DNA from: the human T2T-CHM13v2.0 reference genome, Homo sapiens
Strand: one strand, 5' to 3'
NCBI RefSeq assembly: GCF_009914755.1
Contig: NC_060926.1
DNA length: 64,000 nt
Within the stretch, counting starts at the first letter, position 1, and each line of letters starts with the position of its first letter. Both the position numbers and the translations under genes were made by a program. Of the stretch, positions 1 to 40,965 are shown piece by piece. The notes beneath the pieces are model-generated. The model saw only the letters and a program-made list of their open reading frames with translations. It was not told the DNA's origin and ran no database searches.

Positions 1-1549
1 ATATATCCCATGTTCTCATATATGTGTTTCAGACATAGGGGAGGAATTAGAATAAATTTTCTAAATAAACAAATTATTTGCCTACTTAAAATTGCAATTA
101 AAAAATGAAGCTTTCCTTCGTTAGCTGTAAACTACATTGAGAAATTGTAACATAAAAAAGAATGGATTTTTAAAACTTCTTGAGTAGATCAAGTGTCTTG
201 TACAATATCATTAAATTTGTATCAGAACACATAAATGGAAATGAGGTGGGGAAGCAATTGCAGTACTTTCTAGAGTCTAGGTTTTGAAATTCTTTTTGGT
301 GAACATTTACTAAATCAGCTAAACATTTCAACTCATTTAAACACAAACCTAAATTATTATTACCCTAGACAGAGAGATGATATAGCAACGGGACCTCGAA
401 AAGGTGATCTTTTGTGGCTGCATGTAGTGCCCAGATGGAAAAATCTTAGGACCACTAAAAGGCCTCTTGACCACTAGGCGGCAAAAACTAATTTTGAACT
501 ACTTGCCTACTCGGTAGCAGGCCTCTTTCAATAGACATTTTAAATATCTTGGCTTTGAGAAAATAAAAATTTCACCATCTCACAAAAATATAAATTACCG
601 AACAGTACATCATTTGTTGTTTGCAAAAATTTTTGCAGATGCTTAGAAACTTATTATTTATTTACTCAATTACTGGCAAACTATCATACTAATTGTCAAG
701 AACTAAAGTTGTATTTAACCACAATACACAGCTAATGCCTTAAGAATTGAGACCAGGTTTTGTTTTGGCAATTCCTAAGCTGATTCATAGTTAATAGCTG
801 CTGAAATTTCAGTACCTTGTATATAATTATGAAGCAAGTCTAAAATTTTGGTTGAAGCAATTTTTTTTACCATTTTAAGCCACAAATACAGATGGTTATG
901 ATTCATATTTTCCCTATTATTTTTACTTATTCCTTGCCAATGTTTATTTTAAAAACATCTTTTTCTTTTCTTTTTGGTGATTTGGAAATGTCTTTACATC
1001 CATATGGGATATACAATATATTATGTCATATCATGTTGAGCTACTAATGCCAAATAGAGCTAACAGTGACGTTCAATACACATAATAAGTTCTGTTAAAA
1101 CTTTCCCAGGAAAATCTGGTAGAGTTTTATGCTGCCAAGATTAGCTCAGTTTTCCCCTGAATTTCTCAACTAGGTTAATAAAATCCAGAAAGTCTTCAGA
1201 GTTAGTGACAAAATCATCTCTTTAGTTTAATGCTCCCATCTGCTGTTAAGGCAAAGAATAGCAATTGGGTAGAAGAGCTTATTTTCAATGTTCCTTTAAT
1301 AAATAAATGTTTAAATGCTTGTGTGATATACATTGATGTTAATTCTTACTATAAATGAAATTAAAATATCTGCTGGTCTTAAGGAAAATTGACTATGGTG
1401 TGCCAATTTTATGTTAACAAGCAGATATGATATTTTAATTAATTTCTTGCTACTTAGCAAATTACATAGGGCAAGTATAATTTTCTAATGAAAGGAAGAA
1501 ATTATTTGTTTCAAACCTTTTCAACTTTGGCTATTGTTAATAGTCCTAA

Positions 1550-28617
<27,068 letters not shown>

Positions 28618-28858
28618 ACCAAACTCTATCTGAAATCCCAACAAAAAAAATTTAACTCCATATGTGTTCCTCTTGTTCTAATCTTGTCAACCAGTGCAAG
28701 TGACCGACAAAATTCCAGTTATTTATTTCCAAAATGTTTGGAAACAGTATAATTTGACAAAGAAAAATGATACTTCTCTTTTTTTGCTGTTCCACCAAAT
28801 ACAATTCAAATGCTTTTTGTTTTATTTTTTTACCAATTCCAATTTCAAAATGTCTCAA

Positions 28859-28866
28859 TGGTGCTA
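28859..28866 (+). promoter_or_regulatory. miR-29 8mer site
   Basis: TGGTGCTA in the 3'UTR. Confidence 0.85.
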
Positions 28867-28867
28867 T

Positions 28868-28877
28868 AATAAATAAA
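28868..28877 (+). terminator. Proximal poly(A) signal (overlapping AATAAA x2)
   Basis: aataaataaa. Confidence 0.75.
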
Positions 28878-29024
28878 CTTCAACACTCTTTATGATAACA
28901 ACACTGTGTTATATTCTTTGAATCCTAGCCCATCTGCAGAGCAATGACTGTGCTCACCAGTAAAAGATAACCTTTCTTTCTGAAATAGTCAAATACGAAA
29001 TTAGAAAAGCCCTCCCTATTTTAA

Positions 29025-29032
29025 CTACCTCA
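29025..29032 (+). promoter_or_regulatory. let-7 8mer site
   Basis: CTACCTCA in the 3'UTR. Confidence 0.8.
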
Positions 29033-29298
29033 ACTGGTCAGAAACACAGATTGTATTCTATGAGTCCCAGAAGATGAAAAAAATTTTATACGTTGATAAA
29101 ACTTATAAATTTCATTGATTAATCTCCTGGAAGATTGGTTTAAAAAGAAAAGTGTAATGCAAGAATTTAAAGAAATATTTTTAAAGCCACAATTATTTTA
29201 ATATTGGATATCAACTGCTTGTAAAGGTGCTCCTCTTTTTTCTTGTCATTGCTGGTCAAGATTACTAATATTTGGGAAGGCTTTAAAGACGCATGTTA

Positions 29299-29306
29299 TG
29301 GTGCTA
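29299..29306 (+). promoter_or_regulatory. miR-29 8mer site
   Basis: TGGTGCTA in the 3'UTR. Confidence 0.85.
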
Positions 29307-29566
29307 ATGTACTTTCACTTTTAAACTCTAGATCAGAATTGTTGACTTGCATTCAGAACATAAATGCACAAAATCTGTACATGTCTCCCATCAGAAAGAT
29401 TCATTGGCATGCCACAGGGGATTCTCCTCCTTCATCCTGTAAAGGTCAACAATAAAAACCAAATTATGGGGCTGCTTTTGTCACACTAGCATAGAGAATG
29501 TGTTGAAATTTAACTTTGTAAGCTTGTATGTGGTTGTTGATCTTTTTTTTCCTTACAGACACCCAT

Positions 29567-29572
29567 AATAAA
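29567..29572 (+). terminator. Distal poly(A) signal
   Basis: aataaa followed by U-rich 'tgttttttgtc'; another AATAAA at 29451. Confidence 0.75.
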
Positions 29573-29978
29573 ATATCATATTAAAATTCTCCTGTTTTTT
29601 GTCACTTTTCAAAGATTTAAAAAATGCACGTCTACATTAAGGAACTCCAGTAATCTTGAAAAAGTATATTGAATTCTAACTCTATAGATTAATAATGCAA
29701 TAATTTTTAAGAATATAAAATAATATAACATATATTCAGAGTAGAGATAATGCTCAATGAGGAATCCTGCAGATTTTTAGATCATATTTGCAGGAACCCC
29801 TGTGGGACATACTGGACACTGAGGGCATTCTGTTTGAAAGGGTCAATCCTTGGAAATGGTAACACAGTAAATCAAGGTATTCCCAAACTGGGAATAATAA
29901 GGGAGGAAGATGTTGATAGTTTATCAGAAAGTAATTGTAATACGGGTCTATTGAAATATATTAATATTAAGAAAAATT

Positions 29979-30250
29979 GACAAGTACCACATGATCTCAC
30001 TTCTATGTGGAATCTAAAAGAGTTGAATTCATTGATGAAGAATAGAATGGTGGTTTCCAAGGGCAGAAGGTGGGGTGGGGTTGGGAGATTTTAGTCTATG
30101 GATACAAAATTGCAGTAAGATAGAAGTTATAAGCTCAAGAGATCTATTGTGAAACGTGGTGACCACAGTCAATAACAATGTATTATATTTTTGAAAATTG
30201 CGAAGAGAGTAAGTATTCTCACCACAAGAAATGATGAGAACCTGAGATAC
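29979..30250 (+). mobile_element. L1MA-like 3' end fragment
   Basis: 'catgatctcacttctatgtggaatctaaaa', 'aagagatctattgt', 'ttctcaccacaa'. Confidence 0.8.
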
Positions 30251-30253
30251 TGC

Positions 30254-30327
30254 ATATATATGCATATGTATCTCTGTCTTCCTACATATACATATATATA
30301 CACATACATATATGTATACACACACAC

Positions 30328-30371
<44 letters not shown>

Positions 30372-30385
30372 AGAGAGAGAGAGAC
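30254..30385. repeat. (TA)n/(CA)n/(GA)n simple repeats
   Basis: Directly visible. Confidence 0.9.
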
Positions 30386-30699
30386 AGAACTCAAATCAAT
30401 AGTATGAATTAATAAATTAGATACTTGGAGTTTTATTTTAGACCAAGAAAGATATCTGGAACACAATGTTCTGCCTCCTGTATTTGTAACTTAATGTATC
30501 ACAGAGAGTAGTTCATTTCATTATATATAGCTCTAACTTATTGTGTGTTATTGATCCCAATACTCAGTTTAATGAACACACGAGTTAAAATTACTTGTTT
30601 GCCTATTTGTTTATTTATTTGCTACCAAGTATCTAAAGCCCTATCTCATTGCAGGGAAGTTACAGTTAGATGAGTCTTGGTTGAGGTTAGAGGCCATAG

Positions 30700-31675
30700 A
30701 CAGTTGCTTTCCTAACCTGTCTTGAGTTAGGGTGTAGGCAAGTGGCCATGTGACCTGAGCTTGGCAAATCAGAGACACACACCTGAAGGTCTCAATCTGG
30801 GGATAATTGTATTCACTTCATATTACTGCTGTAGCAAGTTACCATAAATTTAGTGACTTAAAACCACACAGATTTCTTGTCTTACACTTCTGAACATCAA
30901 AAGTCTAAACTGAGTCTTACTGGACTCAAATGCAAGTGTCAAACAAGGTTGTCTTCCTTTCTAGAGACACTAGGGAGAAACTGTGTGTTCCCTTTTCCAG
31001 CTTCTAGAGGCTGCCCAGCTTCCTTGGTTCATGAGCCAGTTCCAACATCAAAGCCAGAAATATTTGGTCAAGTCTTTCTCACGTTGTCTCATTCTGACAT
31101 TGGCTCTTCTGTCTTCCTATTTCACTTTTAAGGAACCAAATGATTGCACTGGGCCCAAATGGATACTCCAAGCTACTCTCCCCATTTCAAGGTCAGTTGG
31201 TAAGCAACCTTAATGCCTGCTGCAACCTTAATTGCTCCTTGCCTTGCCAAAAAATGTAATATATTTACTGGCTCTGGGGATTAGGGTATGAACATATTTG
31301 AGGGAGCATTATTCCACCTACCAACAATAGTGATGCAAAGAAGTAAAAAGAATTAAAAATCCAGTTTGGTGGTGATCACAGCTATAGTTGGGGCAGCAAC
31401 CGCCAGATATCAAAAGAAGCATGGCCAACAGTGCCAGAAATGGCATCCAGTGTCTTGTGTTTATGATGGCTTTGCCAGGTTGCTTTTAGGGTATGATTTT
31501 GAAGATGGCTCTGAATGTCAGCATTCACTTCATTTTTTGTTGATTTTATGCACCTGGATTCTATAGCTTTCTCTGAATTCCTCTGAATTTCAGATAAAAA
31601 TCCATAAATTACATTTTTACTTCAGTGAGCTAAAGTTGGTTTAGATTGTTTACAACTAAGCCTGACTAGGCCAGC
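30700..31675 (+). mobile_element. Ancient ERVL LTR (LTR33/LTR16-like) split by an MLT1 insertion
   Basis: 'gtggccatgtgacctgagcttggcaaatcaga' 5' part and 'gagctaaagttggtttagattgtttacaactaag' 3' part. Confidence 0.5.
30808..31326 (-). mobile_element. MaLR solo LTR (MLT1B/C-like)
   Basis: 'tgtatt...gctgtagcaagttaccataaatttagtgacttaaaac...cttttccagcttctagaggctgcc...ggggattagggtatgaacatatttg...cctaccaaca'. Confidence 0.8.
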
Positions 31676-33579
31676 AATTGGTAACAGCAGGGCTGGCAGG
31701 AAGCAGAAATGCAAGCAAATGGAAAGACTCTGAGATCAAATGTTTGTACTAGTTAGGGGTAAAAATAGAAAATCCAGCTTGTATCCGGGAATGAGAATTT
31801 GGAAGTCCATGGAAATAGGATTAATCATTTATGATTACATTGAGTGATTTGCACTTTAAAGACAAGGCTTAAGGAGATAAGTGGCCTCTACTACACAACA
31901 GTATGTTTGAATTTCATGAGAAATTGCAGGACTGCATGTGAATGTGGCTGCTGTGAATGATGATGAACAGAAAGAGAATGACAAGTTCAAATCCCTAACT
32001 TCTTGATTTAAGACACAGAAGAAAATCTATGCCCTTTCCCTGACTATGCTAAAATAAAAGCATACTATCTTTCTGGAAAAAAAGAAAAAAAATTCATATT
32101 TTTGCCAAAGGTTTGAGATACTAAAAACCAAATACAAATCTTAATTCTGCAGATCACCAGACTTCAACATAAATCTAAATGGATTTTCCAATTCTCTATT
32201 TGATTCTCTATAATTGGGAAACAGCAAGACCCTGGAAATTTAAATGGGGTTTATGGAAGAATTCTCTTTAAACATTCCAGTTTCACATTAAGTTTCTTTA
32301 GACATCTGAAATGGGATCTGCATTCCTTGCCTGGTAATTGTTCCCCCATTCTGAAAATGCAAGCTGACTACAAGAAAAAGCCAATTCTCTTCAGACCTCA
32401 TTCTCACCACTGCTTATTGTCTCCAGATTTGTAACTGAAGTCAGATCCCAGAATGCCTCAGGGGGTAGCAATTTAAAGGTCAATCTCAGGAGGAGGTTTA
32501 CACATAAAAAGAATGGAAGGATTTAACTAATTTATATTGTTTAAAATCTGAGAAACGTGTGTAGGAGTGGATTTTGAGATACTAGACAAAAAAGAACAGT
32601 GAAATTTGGATAAAATGTATCAATATATGAATGTAACAAAGAGTTATAGGAACATTATAATTATTAACATGGTTGAACTGAACTCAGGCCTCAGAGGTTG
32701 CCCAAACTGAATGAATTTGAGACATTACAAACTTTCTGACAGGTGGAGAATGTAATTCAGAAACTTAAGAAGATAGAAATATTGGAATGAATTTATCATA
32801 TGTGATACAACCATTCACCTTCTGAGTATATTCTCAAGGTGGGCCAGTACGGTTTTGAGAAACACGTGATGGCCTGCATGCCGGCACCTTTGAATAATCT
32901 CCTTGTGTGTCTGTAGTCTGAAGAAGAAAGTAGAAAAAAATCTAGCTGAAATAGGCTTCTTGATTCAATGGAGATGACAGGATCCGAGCTTGCAGAGGAC
33001 AAAGGGCAACTCTAGACTGCCGGAAACAAAGTGAGAATGATATTGTACAAGATAGCAGGACTGTGATGGTAGAAAAAATAAAATGGCATAATTCAGAAGT
33101 AATGTTGTCGGTGGCTGATTGATAATGAGAATGATGAGATGTCTGGGACAGTCACATTTATGTCTTTTATAAACAATAATGAAAAATATATTTAGTTCAG
33201 GTAAAAGAGACCTCAGATCAGCAACCACACAGGCCTCAAGACTTTCTTCAATTCCCAGACTATAAGATGGTTAATAAACCTAGTCTCCTTAAAGGAAGCA
33301 TAAGTTCAGTGCTTTGGAGGAAATCTCCTGCAATAGAATCACAACTGATAAGCACTTACCATGGGCCAAGCATTGTTCTAGTCACTTTAAACTTATTAAT
33401 TTGTGTATTACTCACTTGTGGCATCTCATCTATTTCCATAATGCTAGTCATCAATTAAATTAAAGATAATTCACAAATTGACTTCTGGCTTTGTGGAACT
33501 AAAGACCCATATATTCTATGGACTAATTGAAATTCCCATCAAAGTTTTGAATATCTGTAATGTAGCAAGTAATATAAAG

Positions 33580-34920
<1,341 letters not shown>

Positions 34921-36142
34921 TAAATTTCAGAATTGTGGCATTAAGGGAAGAAATGAATTTAGAGTCAATGTATTCCAAGACCACTAATTATAGATTTTTA
35001 AAAGCAAGGTCAATTGAGGTTATATGAGTTTTTCTGTCTATAAATGGCAGATAGTGATGCAATGCAATCCTTTATATCATAGTTACGTTATCTCTTTATT
35101 ATCTCTTTCATGATGGAGGATTAAATACAACTTTCTTCACCCTCAAACTGACATTTTAACAAAGATTATTTTACTTCCTTGACTAAAATAAAATGTATTT
35201 TATAAAGATTGAGGATGAAGTTAATGCAGCCATTATAACATAATTAGAACATGCAGGAAACTAAGAAGAAAAATAGAGTATCCGTGTTCCAGATCAGTGG
35301 CTATTTCCTTCAAGTCTTCTAAGCATATTCTAACATAATTGGGATAATACTATTTATGCAATATTGTATGCTGCTTATTTTACTTAACATAATATTACTT
35401 TATCCATAAAAATGTATTTTTAAATTTTTGGTCAAATTAGGAGAAATATAGAGGAAACTGTTCTTACAGGATGATGGCTCCAAAGTTAGAAATCACATCA
35501 AAGGGAACTTTCTTTTATCTAGTGTATACTAAAATCCTATTTTTCTGGGTTCTGTCTTAGAGGAATATGCCTATTTTTAAAAGTGAGTCTGAAACTATGA
35601 AAAAATATTTTCTTTTCATACATAATTCTTCACTGAGTCATAACTCACTAAGCTAGCTTGATACAGTATTGGTGAAAACATTCTGTACAACACAGCATAC
35701 TTGAAAGATCTCCCCAAATCTCCATATTCTCTAGTCTGCCCCATTGAAGGTTTTCAGAAGTCTTGCAAATAATCACTTGTTGAGTCAATGCCATAAACAA
35801 AAAGACTATCATCTATGGCTAACATTTTTTATTAAACAAGTTTTCATCTGATATTTTGCTCATCCTTTTTCTTTTCATTGCTTTAATCTTCCTGAAAAAC
35901 ATCTTTACCTTTAAAACTCCTGAATGTTTTCACTAAAATGCATTGAATTACTTTACATTTTTGGACAATATCTGCTATGATATTTATTAACAGAAATCAG
36001 GTTGCCCTTTGAGGTCCATAAAATTTAGAAATAGGAGTTATGATATTTCACGCCAGTTTAGTGATTGTGTGGGATATACTTTCCATTACCTTTAAAATGA
36101 GATACCCCATAATGGAGTAGGAAAAGAAGCAAAAGTTAAGCT

Positions 36143-36590
36143 CTGTCTTTGGTTGAGTTCCCTGAAAACAGACTGTAAGGCAGCTAATGATGAGCAGAAG
36201 ATTTACTGGGGAGTCATCTTGGGAGATACATCTGTAAGGAAATGAGAAACGTAGGTTTAGACAGAGGGGGAAGCTGACCCCATGCAATTGATGGAGGTTT
36301 CAGGGGACTCTGCAGGAAACTCTGGAACTGAGGTGGCCCTTCAGAGTTGCTATAATTCACAGTAAGAGGGATGGGTCTTTTTATTCCTGAATCAGACAGT
36401 CATTGACTGTGGGCTGAAATTTGGAAGGGGTGGAGGTTACATTTGTAAAGCAGTCTTCGTGACTGAGGGCAATTCTATGTGAGAGACACTGCTGTGAACT
36501 CTCAGTAACAACTATTTTCAGTGGCTGCTATCAGCTGCTATCAATGTTTTGGCTTTGAAAAGGGCATACATGTGGATTACCAAATTATAA
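36143..36590 (-). mobile_element. ERVL LTR (LTR16-like)
   Basis: 'tgagttccctgaaaacagactgtaag...atttactggggag...gccottcagagttg'-type LTR16 pattern; by-eye call. Confidence 0.55.
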
Positions 36591-37163
36591 GCTCCTCCTA
36601 TATGTTCAGTACTCTTCTAAACACTATAGGGAAATATATCACATGATTGTCCGTCTTTAGGTGTGTGTTGTCTAGGGTAGATAGGTTGAACCCAAATGAA
36701 GTGGCACAAAAGCATTCAAGACAAGCAATTAAGTGCTAAATTGTGCTGAGCTAACTATAAGAGATAAAGATAGTAGATGAGAAAAATAATTGGTCAATGA
36801 TGATTATATTTTCAGGACTGTCTTCTTTAAAAAGATAAAATGTATTGTACAATAAAAAAGAGTGTTATTTGAGTAAACACTGGAGAAAAGGAAAACCACT
36901 TTGGACTAATAAACAAAAGAAGAGAACAAATAGAAGAATGATTATCCTATGTCCATAGCACAGTGAAGAACCCAGGCTACCTAAATCCATTCATTTTAAT
37001 TCAGCCACAGTATTGAGCAATTACTAAATGCAAGGCTCAGAACCAAGTGCCCAAGATTATTCAAGGAGAAAAAGAGATCATGAAATTTAGTAAAAGTACG
37101 ATGACACAAGCATGTCACAAGACTTAACATAATAATTTGAATTAGAGAAATACAAGGTACGAG

Positions 37164-38235
37164 TGATGGCAGCAGCTGTAGCCATCATGCAGGCTGCAGC
37201 AAGGAGGCACAGGGAGGCACGGCTGGGGCTGCACACTCCATGGAGCTGGTGGGAACCCTGACCCTTCTGAGTTGGTGCAGGAGCTCCCCAGGTGCCACTG
37301 CAGCTGCCCAAACTGCAGCTGCAGACCCAGGTCTCCCACTCTGTGGAGCAGGCAGGAGCCCTGCCCTCCTGGGTGGGAGTATAGTCACCAAAGCTGTGGC
37401 TGTGGATCTGAGCCTCCCTGTGCTCTTCGAGGGGGCATGAGCTTCTCAGGTGCAGCTGCAGCTGCCCTCCCAGGCCCAGGACCTGGACATCTCTGTAGCC
37501 TGCATACTTGAGGTCCCGGGAAGTTCCCCATCGCTCATCCCCGTAGGCTTGAGGGTATCTGCTCTGGCTGCTTGGCCTCTGTCCTCTGCTGCCGCAGCTC
37601 TGATCTCACCCCGGGTTGCAGCTGAGCCCTGGGGTCATGAATAACAGTGGGACACAGAGTCCTGGGCAGAAGTTGGTGGGTTCCTGGTAAGGCCCCACCT
37701 TCAGGCTAGAGAGGGCCTAAAGGTTACGGGCCAGGCTGCCTGTCCCATGGACCAGAGTGGGGACTCGTGGTGCCTCTCCCAGGCCACCCATGGCCATCCA
37801 TGACCAATTGGCAGGCATTTCCTCCCCTGTGAGGTCCATAAAAGCCCTGGGCTCAGCCAGAGCAGGGCAGAGGATGGAGAGGACAGAGAGAAAACAGGAC
37901 AACCAACTGCAGAGAGGAACTACCCCCCTCTGCTGAGAACTTCAGAGACCTGCAGAGACGTCTCAATGATCTGCAGAGAGAAGCTACCCTCTCCAGGGCT
38001 TCTTCTCTGCAGAGAACTGAACACTCCACAGATGACTTGCCTGCGGAGAGAAGTTACCCACCGTGGGTCTCATCTGAGCTGCTGTAATGCTCAATAAAGC
38101 TCATCTTCGTCTTGTTCACACTTCACTTGTCTGTGTACCTCGTTCTTCCTGGATGCACAACAAGAACTCAGGCCGAGGCACCATGGCCACAGGGGTTTCC
38201 AGCCAGAAAATTGACACCCCGAAGATCCCGTAACA
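37164..38235 (+). mobile_element. GC-rich ERV1 solo LTR (MER52-like)
   Basis: TG...CA termini (tgatggcagc...cccgtaaca), 4-bp TSD cgag/tgag, CCAAT 37804, cataaaa 37837, AATAAA 38093. Confidence 0.8.
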
Positions 38236-39866
38236 TGAGAATGGCACAAGGAATGAACAGTCATGTCCACTTGGAGGCTCTCAAGACAGGCTACATGAAG
38301 CAGATGACATGTGGGACCAACTTTAAATAATATAATGTTTTTCAGGTAGCAAGAGAAAGGAAGACCACAGAAAATACTGTAAGGAAAGAGGTGCAGAGTT
38401 GGGAGGCATACTTGGCAATTTAAATTATCCCAGTTTCAGAGGGAGCATGGGTGTCAAGCAGTGGTGTTGTGAGAGACGAGGCTGGAAATACAGTCTAGAC
38501 ATGAGGCCTTAGAATAGCAAGGTGATGACTTTTTATTTTGTCTGCTTCTCAATCTAGAGTCATAAAAAGGTATTAAATATTGAAAGGCTGTTGCTTGAGG
38601 AGAGCACAAAATCAAGGGAAACATGGGGAGCCATGGCCAGATTTACAGGCAATGAAGAGATACCCATTGTGGGAAGAAGGAGGCAGATTGGATCTCCATT
38701 TTAGGAAAGATGAGGATGAGACAAAACAATTTTAGCAGGGAATCAGAACACCTTTTCTTCAAAGACTAGACTGAAGAAAGAGTCACAGAGTGTAGACATA
38801 CTTGCTGGGAAAATTAGGTTAAGGAGGGAAATGGGGTCAGGCTGAAGGAGAATATCAATAGTCAGGCAAGAGACGTTTCCATTTAATAAGGACTGAGTGG
38901 AAATTTACACAACCTCAGGCTTACTCGCAGCTTTCTACGTGGCAGTTAAACGTGGCAGTGATTCATTTGGAAGGGTGGTTGAACATGATAAAATGTGTGA
39001 CTGATTGGAGAATACTAGGTCAGAGGCAGCTAAGTCTATTTGGAAATTATCCTTCTGCAGATGGTGGATGAAATCATCTGGCTCCAAGATGAAATCATCA
39101 GGGAGCAAAACTTCCAAAGGAAAGGGGAAAAGAACAGCATGGTGTGTACGTGGTGAGAAGGAGGATGTGGAGGAAACGTCACCAAGGGTCTGATTCGGGA
39201 TACTGTAGCTTTTAATCGTTTTTGAAAAGGAGGATTCAATTTTGAGGGCTCAGGTTGTGATTAATTCAGGGCTATGAGGAGAGAGAGGAAACTGAACAGA
39301 AGGAGGGCTTCATTAGTGCTATTGATAAAAATGCTTTGGGACTGATTTTCAAATTTTGTCTTGAATTTAAACCACCTGGAGACTGTCCTCAGCAGAGTCA
39401 GCAAAAGCACAGCTTTGAAAGAGGCGATCACTTTCTGTAAGAACCCAACAAAGCACAGCATTATGCAAGGAAACGTCAAATGTCTCTGGGAGGGGCTTGT
39501 ACTTTAGCTTCCTTTGAGTCTTTAGGGCTACAATTCTGACTACAGATGTTTTCAATTTATGTTGTTTTTTTTTTTTTCTCATTAAATTGGCTAACAATTG
39601 TGATCATTCTGTATCTCCAGCCGCCTTTCATTATAGGATCTCTCATAACAGTTTCAACTGCTGGGAAAATTGTTCACATTACCAGTACAGTTCTACCTTT
39701 CTCTATTTATTACCACTTGAATCTGCATTTGTACTTCACATATATGCAGACAAATTTTCTGCCATATCAATGGCATTTAACCATAACTGCTTATATGCAT
39801 ATGCTTTTGGTATGCACTCTTTAAAATGAGGTGAATCATATTCTTTGATTAAAATTAAATGCATCT

Positions 39867-40112
39867 GTGAGGTGAAGGCAGGAAGATCACTTGAGGCCAG
39901 GAGTTTGAGATCAGCCTGGCCAACATGGTGAAACCCTGTCTCTACTAAAAATACAAAAATTAGCTGGGCATGGTGGTGCACACCTGTAATCCCAGCTACT
40001 CAGGAGGCTGACACAGGAGACTTACTTGAACCCAGGACCCAGAGGTGGCAGTGAGGCAAGATCACACCACTGCTGTTTAACCTGGGCAACAGAGCAAGAC
40101 TCTGTCTCAAAA
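39867..40112 (+). mobile_element. 5'-truncated Alu (AluS/J-age) lacking a poly(A) tail
   Basis: Starts about 40 nt into the left monomer; ends gtctcaaaa and runs into L1. Confidence 0.92.
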
Positions 40113-40536
40113 GAAGATATACAAATGACCGAGAAACATAGGAAAAAATGCTCACCATCACTAATGATTAAAGAAATGCAAATCAAAACCACAATGCAAT
40201 ACCATCTAACTCATGCAAGAAATGGCCATAATCAAAAAATCAAAAAATAATAGATGTTGGCGTGGACATGATCAGGAACACTTCTACACTGCTGGAGGGA
40301 ATGTAAACTAGTACAACCACTGGTGGAATACAGTGTGGAGATTCCTTAAAGGACTAAAAGTAGAATTACCATTTGATTCACCAATCCCACTACTTGGTAT
40401 CTACCTAGAGGAAAAGAAGTCATTACACCAAATAGATACTTACATGCGCATGTTTATAGTGGCACAATTTGCAATTACAAAAATGTGGAAACAACCCAAA
40501 TGCCCATCAATCAACACAGTTTCTTTATTCACTCGT

Positions 40537-40572
<36 letters not shown>

Positions 40573-40965
40573 TATATATATGATGGAATACTACTCAGCT
40601 ATAAAAAGGAATGAATTAATGGCATTCACAGCAATGTGGATGAGTTGGAGACTATTATTCTAAGAGAAGTAACTCATGAATGGAAAACCACACATTGTAT
40701 GTTCTTACTCATAAGTGAGAGCTAAGCTATGAGGATGCAAAGGCATAGCAATGACACAGTGGACGTTGGGGAATCGGGGGAAAGAGTGGAAAGGGAGTGA
40801 GCTATAAAAGACTACAAATTGGGTGCAGTGTATACTGCTCGGGTGATGGGTGCACCAAAATCTCAGCAATCACCACTAAAGAAGTTACTCATGTAACTAA
40901 ACACCATCTGTTCCCCAATAACCTATGGAAATACAAAATTTAAAAAAAAAAAGAAAAAGAAAATC
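40105..40965 (+). mobile_element. L1PB1-like 3' end (ORF2 C-terminus and 3'UTR, poly(A) tail)
   Basis: 'gctaagctatgaggatgcaaaggcat', 'tatactgctcgggtgatgggtgcaccaaaatctca', A tail. Confidence 0.88.

Larger units (their letters stand above)
28618..29590 (+). other. COL3A1: COL3A1 3'UTR
   Basis: Follows the stop; AATAAA at 28868, 29451 and 29567; 3' end approximate. Confidence 0.88.

Noticed and set aside
37087-37902. Cluster of overlapping short ORFs
   Set aside because: Expected from stop-poor, GC-rich LTR sequence
39067-39099. Two copies of the near-palindrome gatgaaatcatc 21 bp apart
   Set aside because: Too short, and in repeat-derived-looking DNA; a local duplication suffices
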